Assembly (NCBI GenBank): GCA_030390025.1
Contig: CM059431.1
Span: 98,272,001 to 98,336,000 of the forward strand
DNA from: Squalus acanthias
Taxonomy: Eukaryota
Direction: 5' to 3'
Length of the DNA stretch: 64,000 bases
A program made the position numbers and the translations under genes. Below are positions 30,001 through 45,000 of the stretch, in pieces (the first letter of the stretch is position 1; each line of letters begins with the position of its first letter). The notes under the pieces are model-generated. The model saw nothing but the letters and a program-made list of their open reading frames with translations. It made no database searches and was not told where the DNA came from.

Positions 30001-33000
30001 ATCGTCAGTGGGAGTCAGTAACTAGAATCGTCAGTGGAGTCAGTAACTAGGATCGTCAGTGGGAGTCAGTAACTAGATTCTTCAGTGAGAGTCAGTAACT
30101 AGATTCTTCAGTGGGAGTCAGTGACTAGATTCTTCAGTGGGAGTCAGTAACTAGATTCTTCAGTGGGAGTCAGTAACTAGATTCTTCAGTGGGATTCAGT
30201 AACTAGGATCGTCAGTGGGAGTCAGTAACTAGATTCTTCAGTGGGAGTCAGTAACTAGATTCTTCAGTGGTAGTCAGTAACGAGATTCTTCAGTGGGAGT
30301 CAATAACTAGGATCGTCAGTGGGAGTCAGTAACTAGAATCGTCAGTGGGAGTCAGTAACTGGAATCTTCAGTGGGAGTCAGTAACTAGGATCGTCAGTGG
30401 GAGCCATAACTAGAATCGTCAGTGGGAGTCAGTAACTAGGATCGTCAGTGGGAGTCATTAACTAGATTCTTCAGTGGGAGTCAATAACTAGATTCTTCAG
30501 TGGTAGTCAGTAACGAGCTTCTTCATTGGGAGTCAATAACTAGGATCGTCAGTGGGAGTCAGTAACTAGAATCGTCAGTGGCAGTCAGTAACTGGAATCT
30601 TCAGTGGGAGTCAGTAACTAGGATCGTCAGTGGGAGCCATAACTAGAATCGTCAGTGGGAGTCAGTAACTGGGATCGTCAGTGGGATTCTGTAACTAGAA
30701 TCGTCAGTGGGAGTCAGTAACTAGAGTCGTCAGTGGGAGCCATAACTAGAATCGTCAGTGGGAGTCAGTAACTAGAGTCGTCAATGGGAGCCATAACTAG
30801 AATCGTCAGTGGGAGTCAGTAACTAGAATCGTCAGTGGGAGTCAGTAACTAGAATCGTGAGTGGGAGTCAGTAACTAGAGTCGTCAGTGGGAGCCATAAC
30901 TAGAATCGTCAGTGGGAGTCAGTAACTGGAGTCGTCAGTGGGAGCCATAACTAGAATCATCAGTGGGAGTCAGTAACTAGAGTCGTCAGTGGGAGCCATA
31001 ACTAGAATCGTCAGTGGGAGTCAGTAACTAGGATCGTCAGTGGGAGTCAGTAACTAGAATCGTCAGTGGGAGTCAGTAACTAGAATCGTCAGTGGGAGTC
31101 AGTAACTAGGATCGTCAGTGGGAGTCAGTAACTAGAATCGTCAGTGGGAGCCATAACTAGAATCTTCAGTGGGAGTCAGTAACTAGGATCGTCAGTGGGA
31201 GTCAGTAACTAGGATCGTCAGTGGGAGTCAGTAACTAGAATCGTCAGTGGGAGTAAGTAACTGGATTCTTCAGTAGGAATCAGGAGCTAGAATCGTCAGT
31301 GGGAGTCAGTAACTAGATTCTTCAGTAGGAGTCAGTAACTAGAATCGTCAGTGGGAGTCAGTAACTAGATTCTTCAGTGGGAGTCAGTAACTACATTCTT
31401 CAGTAGGAGTCAGTAACTAGAATCGTCAGTGGGAGTCAGTAACTAGATTCTTCAGTAGGAGTCAGTAACTAGAATCGTCAGTGGGAGTCAGTAACTAGAT
31501 TCTTCAGTAGGAGTAAGTAACTAGAATCGTCAGTGGGAGTCAGTAACTAGATTCTTCAGTAGGAGTCAGTAACTAGAATCGTCAGTGGGAGTCAGTAACT
31601 AGATTCTTCAGTAGGAGTCAGTAACTAGACTCGTCAGTGGGAGTCAGTAACTAGATTCTTCAGTAGGAGTCAGTAACTAGGATCGTCAGTGGGAGTCAGT
31701 AACTAGGATCGTCAGTGGGAATCAGTAACTAGGATCGTCAGTGGAAGTCAGTAACGAGAATCGTCTGTGGTTTTCAGTAACTAGAATCGTCAGTGGGAGT
31801 CAGTAACTAGATTCTTCAGTGGGAGTCAGTAACTAGGATCGTCAGTGGGAGTCAGTAACTAGGATCGTCAGTGGGAGTCAGTAACTAGATTCTTCAGTGG
31901 GAGTCAGTAACTAGGATCGTCAGTGGGAGTCAGTAACTAGATTCTTCAGTGGGAGTCAGTAACTAGGATCGTCAGTGGGTGTCAGTAACTAGAGTCGTCA
32001 GTGGGAGTCAGTAACTAGAATCGTCAGTGGGAGTCAGTAACTAGGATCGTCAGTGGGAGTCAGTAACTAGGATCGTCAGTGGGAGTCAGTAACTAGAATC
32101 GTCAGTGGGAGTCAGTAACTAGTATCGTCAGTGGGAGTCAGTAACTAGAATCGTCAGTGGGAGTCAGTAACTAGAGTCGTCAGTGGGAGTCAGTAACTAG
32201 TATCGTCAGTGGGAGTCAGTAACTAGAATCGTCAGTGGGATTCAGTAACTAGTATCGTCAGTGGGAGTCAGTAACTAGAGTCGTCAGTGGGAGTCAGTAA
32301 CTAGTATCGTCAGTGGGAGTCAGTAACTAGGATCGTCAGTGGGAGTCAGTAACTAGATTCTTCAGTGGGATTCAGTAACTAGTATCGTCAGTGGGAGTCA
32401 GTAACTAGAATCGTCAGTGGGAGTCAGTAACTAGTATCGTCAGTGGGAGTCAGTAACTAGAATCGTCAGTGGGAGTCAGTAACTAGATTCTTCAGTGGGA
32501 GTCAGTAACTAGTATCGTCAGTGGGAGTCAGTAACTGGAATCGTCAGTGGGAGTCAGTAACTAGAATCGTCAGTGGGAGTCAGTAACTAGAATCGTCAGT
32601 GGGAGTCAGTAACTAGAATCATCAGTGGGAGTCAGTCACTAGAGTCGTCAGTGGGAGTCAGTAACTAGATTCTTCAGTGGGAGTCAGTAACTAGGATCGT
32701 CAGTGGGAGTCAGTAACTAGGATCGTCAGTGGGAGTCAGTAACTAGGATCGTCAGTGGGAGTCAGTTACTAGAGTCGTCAGTGGGAGCCATAACTAGAAT
32801 CATCAGTGGGAGTCAGTAACTAGAGTCGTCAGTGAGAGTTAGTAACTAGATTCGTCAGCGGGAGTCAGTAACTAGGATCGTCAGTGGGAGTCAGTAACTA
32901 GAATCATCAGTGGCAGTCAGTAACTAGAGTCGTCAGTGGGAGTCAGTAACTAGATTCTTCAGTGAGAGTCAGTAACTAGAGTCGTCAGTGGGAGTCAGAA

Positions 33001-36000
33001 ACTAGAATCGTCAGTGGGAGTCAGTAACTAGGTTCGTCAGTGGGAGTCAGTAACTAGAATCATCAGAGGGAGTCAGTAACTAGGATCGTCAGTGGGAGTC
33101 AGTAACTAGGATCGTCAGTGGGAGTCAGTAACTAGAATCGTCAGAGGGAGTCAGTAACTAGGATCGTCAGTGGGAGTCAGTAACTAGGATCGTCAGTGGG
33201 AGTCAGTAACTAGAGTCGTCAGTGAGAGTCAGTAACTAGATTCTTCAGTGGGAGTCAGTAACTAGGATCATCAGTGGGAGTCAGTATTAGAATCATCAGT
33301 GGGAGTCAGTAACTAGAATCGTCAGTGGGAGTCAGTAACTAGTATCGTCAGTGGGAGTCAGTAACTAGATTCTTCAGTGGGAGTCAGTAACTAGAATCGT
33401 CAGTGGGAGTCAGTAACTAGAATCTTCAGTGGGAGTCAGTAACTAGGATCGTCAGTGGGAGTCAGTAACTAGATTCTTCAGTGGGAGTCAGTGACTAGAT
33501 TCGTCAGTGGGAGTCAGTAACTAGAATCGTCAGTGGGAGTCAGTAACTAGATTCTTCAGTGGGAGTCAGTAACTAGAATCGTCAGTGGGAGTCAGTAACT
33601 AGAATCGTCAGTGGGAGTCAGTAACTAGAATCGTCAGTGGGAGTCAGTAACTAGATTCTTCAGTGAGAGTCAGTAACTAGGATCGTCAGTGGGAGTCAGT
33701 AACTAGAATAGTCAGTGGGAGTCAGTAACTAGGATCGTCAGTGGAAGTCAGTAACAAGGATCGTCAGTGGGAGTCAGTAACTAGATTCTTCAGTGGGAGT
33801 CAGTAACTAGAATCGTCAGTGGGAGTCAGTAACTGGAATCGTCAGTGGGAGTCAGTAACTAGATTCTTCAGTGGGAGTCAGTAACTAGGATCGTCAGTGG
33901 GAGTCAGTAACTAGAATCGTCAGTGGGAGTCAGTAACTAGATTCTTCAGTGAGAGTCAGTAACTAGGAACGTCAGTGGGAGTCAGTAACTAGAATCGTCA
34001 GTGGGAGTCAGTAACTAGGATCGTCAGTGGGAGTCAGTAACAAGGATCGTCAGTGGGAGTCAGTAAATCGGATCGTCAGTGGGAGTCAGTAACTGGATTA
34101 TTCAGTGGGAGTCAGTAACTAGATTCTTCAGTGGGAGTCAGTAACTAGATTCTTCAGTGGGAGTCAGTAACTAGATTCTTCAGTGGGAGTCAGTAACTAG
34201 ATTCTTCAATGGGAGTCAGTAACTTGGATCATCAGTGAGAGTCAGTAACTAGGATCGTCAGTGGGAGTCAGTAACTAGGATCGTCAGTGGGAGTCAGTAA
34301 CTAGATTCTTCAGTGGGAGTCAGTAACTAGGATTGTCAGTGGGAGTCAGTAACTAGGATCGTCAGTGGGAGTCAGTAACTAGAATCGTCAGTGGGAGTCA
34401 GTAACTAGGATCGTCAGTGGGAGTCAGTAACTAGATTCTTCAGTGGGAGTCAGTAACGAGATTCTTCAGTGGGATTCAGTAACTAGGATCGTCAGTGGGA
34501 GTCAGTAACTAGAATCGTCAGTGGGAGTCAGTAACTAGGATCGTCAGTGGGAGTCAGTAACTAGATTCTTCAGTGAGAGTCAGTAACTAGATTCTTCAGT
34601 GGGAGTCAGTGACTAGATTCTTCAGTGGGAGTCAGTAACTAGAATCGTCAGAGGGAATCAGTAACTAGGATCGTCAGTGGGAGTCAGTAACTAGGATCGT
34701 CAGTGGGAGTCAGTAACTAGAGTCGTCAGTGAGAGTCAGTAACTAGATTCTTCAGTGGGAGTCAGTAACTAGGATCATCAGTGGGAGTCAGTATTAGAAT
34801 CATCAGTGGGAGTCAGTAACTAGAATCGTCAGTGGGAGTCAGTAACTAGTATCGTCAGTGGGAGTCAGTAACTAGATTCTTCAGTGGGAGTCAGTAACTA
34901 GAATCGTCAGTGGGAGTCAGTAACTAGAATCTTCAGTGGGAGTCAGTAACTAGGATCGTCAGTGGGAGTCAGTAACTAGATTCTTCAGTGGGAGTCAGTG
35001 ACTAGATTCGTCAGTGGGAGTCAGTAACTAGAATCGTCAGTGGGAGTCAGTAACTAGATTCTTCAGTGGGAGTCAGTAACTAGAATCGTCAGTGGGAGTC
35101 AGTAACTAGAATCGTCAGTGGGAGTCAGTAACTAGAATCGTCAGTGGGAGTCAGTAACTAGATTCTTCAGTGAGAGTCAGTAACTAGGATCGTCAGTGGG
35201 AGTCAGTAACTAGAATAGTCAGTGGGAGTCAGTAACTAGGATCGTCAGTGGAAGTCAGTAACAAGGATCGTCAGTGGGAGTCAGTAACTAGATTCTTCAG
35301 TGGGAGTCAGTAACTAGAATCGTCAGTGGGAGTCAGTAACTGGAATCGTCAGTGGGAGTCAGTAACTAGATTCTTCAGTGGGAGTCAGTAACTAGGATCG
35401 TCAGTGGGAGTCAGTAACTAGAATCGTCAGTGGGAGTCAGTAACTAGATTCTTCAGTGAGAGTCAGTAACTAGGAACGTCAGTGGGAGTCAGTAACTAGA
35501 ATCGTCAGTGGGAGTCAGTAACTAGGATCGTCAGTGGGAGTCAGTAACAAGGATCGTCAGTGGGAGTCAGTAAATCGGATCGTCAGTGGGAGTCAGTAAC
35601 TGGATTATTCAGTGGGAGTCAGTAACTAGATTCTTCAGTGGGAGTCAGTAACTAGATTCTTCAGTGGGAGTCAGTAACTAGATTCTTCAATGGGAGTCAG
35701 TAACTTGGATCATCAGTGAGAGTCAGTAACTAGGATCGTCAGTGGGAGTCAGTAACTAGGATCGTCAGTGGGAGTCAGTAACTAGATTCTTCAGTGGGAG
35801 TCAGTAACTAGGATTGTCAGTGGGAGTCAGTAACTAGGATCGTCAGTGGGAGTCAGTAACTAGAATCGTCAGTGGGAGTCAGTAACTAGGATCGTCAGTG
35901 GGAGTCAGTAACTAGATTCTTCAGTGGGAGTCAGTAACTAGATTCTTCAGTGGGATTCAGTAACTAGGATCGTCAGTGGGAGTCAGTAACTAGAATCGTC

Positions 36001-39000
36001 AGTGGGAGTCAGTAACTAGGATCGTCAGTGGGAGTCAGTAACTAGATTCTTCAGTGAGAGTCAGTAACTAGATTCTTCAGTGGGAGTCAGTGACTAGATT
36101 CTTCAGTGGGAGTCAGTAACTAGATTCTTCAGTGGGAGTCAGTAACTAGATTCTTCAGTGGGATTCAGTAACTAGGATCGTCAGTGGGAGTCAGTAACTA
36201 GATTCTTCAGTGGGAGTCAGTAACTAGATTCTTCAGTGGTAGTCAGTAACGAGATTCTTCAGTGGGAGTCAATAACTAGGATCGTCAGTGGGAGTCAGTA
36301 ACTAGAATCGTCAGTGGGAGTCAGTAACTGGAATCTTCAGTGGGAGTCAGTAACTAGGATCGTCAGTGGGAGCCATAACTAGAATCGTCAGTGGGAGTCA
36401 GTAACTAGGATCGTCAGTGAGAGTCAGTAACTAGAATCGTCAGTGGGAGTCAGTAACTAGGATCGTCAGTGGGAGTCAGTAACTAGAATCGTCAGTGGGA
36501 GTCAGGAACTAGAATCATCAGTGGGAGTCAGTAACTAGAATCGTCAGTGGGAGTCAGTAGGTAGAATCTTCAGTTGGAGTCAGTAACTAGGATCGTCAGC
36601 GGGAGTCAGTAACTAGGATCGTCAGTGCGAGTCAGTAACTACGATCGTCAGTGGGAGTCAGTAAGTAGAATCGTCAGTGGGAGTCAGTAACTAGATTCTT
36701 CAGTAGGAGTCAGTAACTAGAATCGTCAGTGGGAGTCAGTAACTAGATTCTTCAGTCGGAGTCAGTAACTAGAATCCTCAGTGGGAGTCAGTAACTAGAT
36801 TCTTCAGTGGGAGTCAGTAACTAGGATCGTCAGTGGGAGTCAGTAACTAGGATCGTCAGTGGGAGTCAGTAACTAGAATAGTCAGTGGGAGTCAGTAACT
36901 AGGATCGTCAGTGGGAGTCAGTAACTAGATTCTTCAGTGGGAGTCAGTAACTAGAATCGTCAGAGGGAGTCAGTGACTAGGATCGTCAGTGGAAGTCAGT
37001 AACTAGAGTCGCCAGTGAAAGTCAGTAACTAGGATCGTCAGTGGGAGTCAGTAACTTGAGTCGTCAGTGAGAGTCAGTAACTAGATTCTTCAGTGGGAGT
37101 CAGTAACTAGGATCATCAGTGGGAGTCAGTAACTAGAATCATCAGTGGGAGTCAGTAACCAGAGTCGTCAGTGGGAGTCAGTAACTAGATTCTTCAGTGG
37201 GAGTCAGTAACTAGAATCGTCAGTGGGAGTCAGTAACTAGGATCGTCAGTGGGAGTCAGTAACTAGGATCGTCAGTGGGAGTCAGTAACTAGGATCGTCA
37301 GTGGGAGTCAGTAACTAGATTCTTCAGTGGGAATCAGTAACTAGAATCGTCAGTGGGAGTCAGTAACTAGGAACTTCAGTGGGAGTCAGTAACTAGAATC
37401 GTCAGTGGGAGTCAGTAACTAGATTCTTCAGTGGGAGTCAGTAACTAGATTCTTCAGTGGGAGTCAGTCACTAGATTCTTCAGTGGGTGTCAGTCACTAG
37501 ATTCTTCAGTGGGAGTCAATAACTAGAATCGTCAGTGGGAGTCAGTAACTAGAATCGTCAGTGGGAGTCAGTAACTAGATTCTTCAGTGGGAGTCAGTAA
37601 CTAGTTTCTTCGGTGGGAGTCAGTAACTAGATTATTCAGTGGGAGTCAGTAACTAGATTCTTCAGTGGGAGTCAGTAACTAGGATCGTCAGTGGGAGTCA
37701 GTAACTAGATTCTTCAGTGGGAGTCAGTAACCAGAATCGTCAGTGGGAGTCAGTAACTAGGATCGTCAGTGGGAGTCAGTAACTAGATTCTTCAGTGGGA
37801 GTCAGTAACTAGAATCGTCAGTGGGAGTCAGTAACTGGAATCGTCAGTGGGAGTCAGTAACTAGATTCTTCAGTGGGAGTCAGTAACTAGGATCGTCAGT
37901 GGGAGTCAGTAACTAGGATCGTCAGTGGGAGTCAGTAACTAGATTCTTCAGTGAGAGTCAGTAACTAGATTCTTCAGTGGGAGTCAGTGACTAGATTCTT
38001 CAGTGGGAGTCAGTAACTAGAATCGTCAGAGGGAATCAGTAACTAGGATCGTCAGTGGGAGTCAGTAACTAGGATCGTCAGTGGGAGTCAGTAACTAGAG
38101 TCGTCAGTGAGAGTCAGTAACTAGATTCTTCAGTGGGAGTCAGTAACTAGGATCATCAGTGGGAGTCAGTATTAGAATCATCAGTGGGAGTCAGTAACTA
38201 GAATCGTCAGTGGGAGTCAGTAACTAGTATCGTCAGTGGGAGTCAGTAACTAGATTCTTCAGTGGGAGTCAGTAACTAGAATCGTCAGTGGGAGTCAGTA
38301 ACTAGAATCTTCAGTGGGAGTCAGTAACTAGGATCGTCAGTGGGAGTCAGTAACTAGATTCTTCAGTGGGAGTCAGTGACTAGATTCGTCAGTGGGAGTC
38401 AGTAACTAGAATCGTCAGTGGGAGTCAGTAACTAGATTCTTCAGTGGGAGTCAGTAACTAGAATCGTCAGTGGGAGTCAGTAACTAGAATCGTCAGTGGG
38501 AGTCAGTAACTAGAATCGTCAGTGGGAGTCAGTAACTAGATTCTTCAGTGAGAGTCAGTAACTAGGATCGTCAGTGGGAGTCAGTAACTAGAATAGTCAG
38601 TGGGAGTCAGTAACTAGGATCGTCAGTGGAAGTCAGTAACAAGGATCGTCAGTGGGAGTCAGTAACTAGATTCTTCAGTGGGAGTCAGTAACTAGAATCG
38701 TCAGTGGGAGTCAGTAACTGGAATCGTCAGTGGGAGTCAGTAACTAGATTCTTCAGTGGGAGTCAGTAACTAGGATCGTCAGTGGGAGTCAGTAACTAGA
38801 ATCGTCAGTGGGAGTCAGTAACTAGATTCTTCAGTGAGAGTCAGTAACTAGGAACGTCAGTGGGAGTCAGTAACTAGAATCGTCAGTGGGAGTCAGTAAC
38901 AAGGATCGTCAGTGGGAGTCAGTAACAAGGATCGTCAGTGGGAGTCAGTAAATCGGATCGTCAGTGGGAGTCAGTAACTGGATTATTCAGTGGGAGTCAG

Positions 39001-42000
39001 TAACTAGATTCTTCAGTGGGAGTCAGTAACTAGATTCTTCAGTGGGAGTCAGTAACTAGATTCTTCAATGGGAGTCAGTAACTTGGATCATCAGTGAGAG
39101 TCAGTAACTAGGATCGTCAGTGGGAGTCAGTAACTAGGATCGTCAGTGGGAGTCAGTAACTAGATTCTTCAGTGGGAGTCAGTAACTAGGATTGTCAGTG
39201 GGAGTCAGTAACTAGGATCGTCAGTGGGAGTCAGTAACTAGAATCGTCAGTGGGAGTCAGTAACTAGGATCGTCAGTGGGAGTCAGTAACTAGATTCTTC
39301 AGTGGGAGTCAGTAACTAGATTCTTCAGTGGGATTCAGTAACTAGGATCGTCAGTGGGAGTCAGTAACTAGAATCGTCAGTGGGAGTCAGTAACTAGGAT
39401 CGTCAGTGGGAGTCAGTAACTAGATTCTTCAGTGAGAGTCAGTAACTAGATTCTTCAGTGGGAGTCAGTGACTAGATTCTTCAGTGGGAGTCAGTAACTA
39501 GATTCTTCAGTGGGAGTCAGTAACTAGATTCTTCAGTGGGATTCAGTAACTAGGATCGTCAGTGGGAGTCAGTAACTAGATTCTTCAGTGGGAGTCAGTA
39601 ACTAGATTCTTCAGTGGTAGTCAGTAACGAGATTCTTCAGTGGGAGTCAATAACTAGGATCGTCAGTGGGAGTCAGTAACTAGAATCGTCAGTGGGAGTC
39701 AGTAACTGGAATCTTCAGTGGGAGTCAGTAACTAGGATCGTCAGTGGGAGCCATAACTAGAATCGTCAGTGGGAGTCAGTAACTAGGATCGTCAGTGAGA
39801 GTCAGTAACTAGAATCGTCAGTGGGAGTCAGTAACTAGGATCGTCAGTGGGAGTCAGTAACTAGAATCGTCAGTGGGAGTCAGGAACTAGAATCATCAGT
39901 GGGAGTCAGTAACTAGAATCGTCAGTGGGAGTCAGTAGGTAGAATCTTCAGTTGGAGTCAGTAACTAGGATCGTCAGCGGGAGTCAGTAACTAGGATCGT
40001 CAGTGCGAGTCAGTAACTACGATCGTCAGTGGGAGTCAGTAAGTAGAATCGTCAGTGGGAGTCAGTAACTAGATTCTTCAGTAGGAGTCAGTAACTAGAA
40101 TCGTCAGTGGGAGTCAGTAACTAGATTCTTCAGTCGGAGTCAGTAACTAGAATCCTCAGTGGGAGTCAGTAACTAGATTCTTCAGTGGGAGTCAGTAACT
40201 AGGATCGTCAGTGGGAGTCAGTAACTAGGATCGTCAGTGGGAGTCAGTAACTAGAATAGTCAGTGGGAGTCAGTAACTAGGATCGTCAGTGGGAGTCAGT
40301 AACTAGATTCTTCAGTGGGAGTCAGTAACTAGAATCGTCAGAGGGAGTCAGTGACTAGGATCGTCAGTGGAAGTCAGTAACTAGAGTCGCCAGTGAGAGT
40401 CAGTAACTAGGATCGTCAGTGGGAGTCAGTAACTTGAGTCGTCAGTGAGAGTCAGTAACTAGATTCTTCAGTGGGAGTCAGTAACTAGGATCATCAGTGG
40501 GAGTCAGTAACTAGAATCATCAGTGGGAGTCAGTAACCAGAGTCGTCAGTGGGAGTCAGTAACTAGATTCTTCAGTGGGAGTCAGTAACTAGAATCGTCA
40601 GTGGGAGTCAGTAACTAGGATCGTCAGTGGGAGTCAGTAACTAGGATCGTCAGTGGGAGTCAGTAACTAGGATCGTCAGTGGGAGTCAGTAACTAGATTC
40701 TTCAGTGGGAATCAGTAACTAGAATCGTCAGTGGGAGTCAGTAACTAGGAACTTCAGTGGGAGTCAGTAACTAGAATCGTCAGTGGGAGTCAGTAACTAG
40801 ATTCTTCAGTGGGAGTCAGTAACTAGATTCTTCAGTGGGAGTCAGTCACTAGATTCTTCAGTGGGTGTCAGTCACTAGATTCTTCAGTGGGAGTCAATAA
40901 CTAGAATCGTCAGTGGGAGTCAGTAACTAGAATCGTCAGTGGGAGTCAGTAACTAGATTCTTCAGTGGGAGTCAGTAACTAGTTTCTTCGGTGGGAGTCA
41001 GTAACTAGATTATTCAGTGGGAGTCAGTAACTAGATTCTTCAGTGGGAGTCAGTAACTAGGATCGTCAGTGGGAGTCAGTAACTAGATTCTTCAGTGGGA
41101 GTCAGTAACCAGAATCGTCAGTGGGAGTCAGTAACTAGGATCGTCAGTGGGAGTCAGTAACTAGATTCTTCAGTGGGAGTCAGTAACTAGAATCGTCAGT
41201 GGGAGTCAGTAACTGGAATCGTCAGTGGGAGTCAGTAACTAGATTCTTCAGTGGGAGTCAGTAACTAGGATCGTCAGTGGGATTCAGTAACTAGAATCGT
41301 CAGTGGGAGTCAGTAACTAGATTCTTCAGTGAGAGTCAGTAACTAGGAACGTCAGTGGGAGTCAGTAACTAGAATCGTCAGTGGGAGTCAGTAACTAGGA
41401 TCGTCAGTGGGAGTCAGTAACAAGGATCGTCAGTGGGAGTCAGTAACTAGGATCGTCAGTGGGAGTCAGTAACTAGATTATTCAGTGGGAGTCAGTAACT
41501 AGATTCTTCAGTGGGAGTCAGTAACTAGATTCTTCAGTGGGAGTCAGTAACTAGATTCTTCAATGGGAGTCAGTAACTTGGATCATCAGTGAGAGTCAGT
41601 AACTAGGATCGTCAGTGGGAGTCAGTAACTAGGATCGTCAGTGGGAGTCAGTAACTAGATTCTTCAGTGGGAGTCAGTAACTAGGATCGTCAGTGGGAGT
41701 CAGTAACTAGGATCGTCAGTGGGAGTCAGTAACTAGAATCGTCAGTGGGAGTCAGTAACTAGGATCGTCAGTGGGAGTCAGTAACTAGATTCTTCAGTGG
41801 GAGTCAGTAACTAGATTCTTCAGTGGGATTCAGTAACTAGGATCGTCAGTGGGAGTCAGTAACTAGAATCGTCAGTGGGAGTCAGTAACTAGGATCGTCA
41901 GTGGGAGTCAGTAACTAGATTCTTCAGTGAGAGTCAGTAACTAGATTCTTCAGTGGGAGTCAGTGACTAGATTCTTCAGTGGGAGTCAGTAACTAGATTC

Positions 42001-45000
42001 TTCAGTGGGAGTCAGTAACTAGATTCTTCAGTGGGATTCAGTAACTAGGATCGTCAGTGGGAGTCAGTAACTAGATTCTTCAGTGGGAGTCAGTAACTAG
42101 ATTCTTCAGTGGTAGTCAGTAACGAGATTCTTCAGTGGGAGTCAATAACTAGGATCGTCAGTGGGAGTCAGTAACTAGAATCGTCAGTGGGAGTCAGTCA
42201 CTGGAATCTTCAGTGGGAGTCAGTAACTAGGATCGTCAGTGGGAGCCATAACTAGAATCGTCAGTGGGAGTCAGTAACTAGGATCGTCAGTGGGAGTCAT
42301 TAACTAGATTCTTCAGTGGGAGTCAATAACTAGATTCTTCAGTGGTAGTCAGTAACGAGCTTCTTCATTGGGAGTCAATAACTAGGATCGTCAGTGGGAG
42401 TCAGTAACTAGAATCGTCAGTGGCAGTCAGTAACTGGAATCTTCAGTGGGAGTCAGTAACTAGGATCGTCAGTGGGAGCCATAACTAGAATCGTCAGTGG
42501 GAGTCAGTAACTGGGATCGTCAGTGGGATTCTGTAACTAGAATCGTCAGTGGGAGTCAGTAACTAGAGTCGTCAGTGGGAGCCATAACTAGAATCGTCAG
42601 TGGGAGTCAGTAACTAGAGTCGTCAATGGGAGCCATAACTAGAATCGTCAGTGGGAGTCAGTAACTAGAATCGTCAGTGGGAGTCAGTAACTAGAATCGT
42701 GAGTGGGAGTCAGTAACTAGAGTCGTCAGTGGGAGCCATAACTAGAATCGTCAGTGGGAGTCAGTAACTGGAGTCGTCAGTGGGAGCCATAACTAGAATC
42801 ATCAGTGGGAGTCAGTAACTAGAGTCGTCAGTGGGAGCCATAACTAGAATCGTCAGTGGGAGTCAGTAACTAGGATCGTCAGTGGGAGTCAGTAACTAGA
42901 ATCGTCAGTGGGAGTCAGTAACTAGAATCGTCAGTGGGAGTCAGTAACTAGGATCGTCAGTGGGAGTCAGTAACTAGAATCGTCAGTGGGAGCCATAACT
43001 AGAATCTTCAGTGGGAGTCAGTAACTAGGATCGTCAGTGGGAGTCAGTAACTAGGATCGTCAGTGGGAGTCAGTAACTAGAATCGTCAGTGGGAGTAAGT
43101 AACTGGATTCTTCAGTAGGAATCAGGAGCTAGAATCGTCAGTGGGAGTCAGTAACTAGATTCTTCAGTAGGAGTCAGTAACTAGAATCGTCAGTGGGAGT
43201 CAGTAACTAGATTCTTCAGTGGGAGTCAGTAACTAGATTCTTCAGTAGGAGTCAGTAACTAGAATCGTCAGTGGGAGTCAGTAACTAGATTCTTCAGTAG
43301 GAGTCAGTAACTAGAATCGTCAGTGGGAGTCAGTAACTAGATTCTTCAGTAGGAGTAAGTAACTAGAATCGTCAGTGGGAGTCAGTAACTAGATTCTTCA
43401 GTAGGAGTCAGTAACTAGAATCGTCAGTGGGAGTCAGTAACTAGATTCTTCAGTAGGAGTCAGTAACTAGACTCGTCAGTGGGAGTCAGTAACTAGATTC
43501 TTCAGTAGGAGTCAGTAACTAGGATCGTCAGTGGGAGTCAGTAACTAGGATCGTCAGTGGGAGTCAGTAACTAGGATCGTCAGTGGAAGTCAGTAACGAG
43601 AATCGTCTGTGGTTTTCAGTAACTAGAATCGTCAGTGGGAGTCAGTAACTAGATTCTTCAGTGGGAGTCAGTAACTAGGATCGTCAGTGGGAGTCAGTAA
43701 CTAGGATCGTCAGTGGGAGTCAGTAACTAGATTCTTCAGTGGGAGTCAGTAACTAGGATCGTCAGTGGGAGTCAGTAACTAGATTCTTCAGTGGGAGTCA
43801 GTAACTAGGATCGTCAGTGGGTGTCAGTAACTAGAGTCGTCAGTGGGAGTCAGTAACTAGAATCGTCAGTGGGAGTCAGTAACTAGATTATTCAGTGGGA
43901 GTCAGTAACTAGATTCTTCAGTGGGAGTCAGTAACTAGATTCTTCAGTGGGAGTCAGTAACTAGATTCTTCAATGGGAGTCAGTAACTTGGATCATCAGT
44001 GAGAGTCAGTAACTAGGATCGTCAGTGGGAGTCAGTAACTAGGATCGTCAGTGGGAGTCAGTAACTAGATTCTTCAGTGGGAGTCAGTAACTAGGATCGT
44101 CAGTGGGAGTCAGTAACTAGGATCGTCAGTGGGAGTCAGTAACTAGAATCGTCAGTGGGAGTCAGTAACTAGGATCGTCAGTGGGAGTCAGTAACTAGAT
44201 TCTTCAGTGGGAGTCAGTAACTAGATTCTTCAGTGGGATTCAGTAACTAGGATCGTCAGTGGGAGTCAGTAACTAGAATCGTCAGTGGGAGTCAGTAACT
44301 AGGATCGTCAGTGGGAGTCAGTAACTAGATTCTTCAGTGAGAGTCAGTAACTAGATTCTTCAGTGGGAGTCAGTGACTAGATTCTTCAGTGGGAGTCAGT
44401 AACTAGATTCTTCAGTGGGAGTCAGTAACTAGATTCTTCAGTGGGATTCAGTAACTAGGATCGTCAGTGGGAGTCAGTAACTAGATTCTTCAGTGGGAGT
44501 CAGTAACTAGATTCTTCAGTGGTAGTCAGTAACGAGATTCTTCAGTGGGAGTCAATAACTAGGATCGTCAGTGGGAGTCAGTAACTAGAATCGTCAGTGG
44601 GAGTCAGTCACTGGAATCTTCAGTGGGAGTCAGTAACTAGGATCGTCAGTGGGAGCCATAACTAGAATCGTCAGTGGGAGTCAGTAACTAGGATCGTCAG
44701 TGGGAGTCATTAACTAGATTCTTCAGTGGGAGTCAATAACTAGATTCTTCAGTGGTAGTCAGTAACGAGCTTCTTCATTGGGAGTCAATAACTAGGATCG
44801 TCAGTGGGAGTCAGTAACTAGAATCGTCAGTGGCAGTCAGTAACTGGAATCTTCAGTGGGAGTCAGTAACTAGGATCGTCAGTGGGAGCCATAACTAGAA
44901 TCGTCAGTGGGAGTCAGTAACTGGGATCGTCAGTGGGATTCTGTAACTAGAATCGTCAGTGGGAGTCAGTAACTAGAGTCGTCAGTGGGAGCCATAACTA

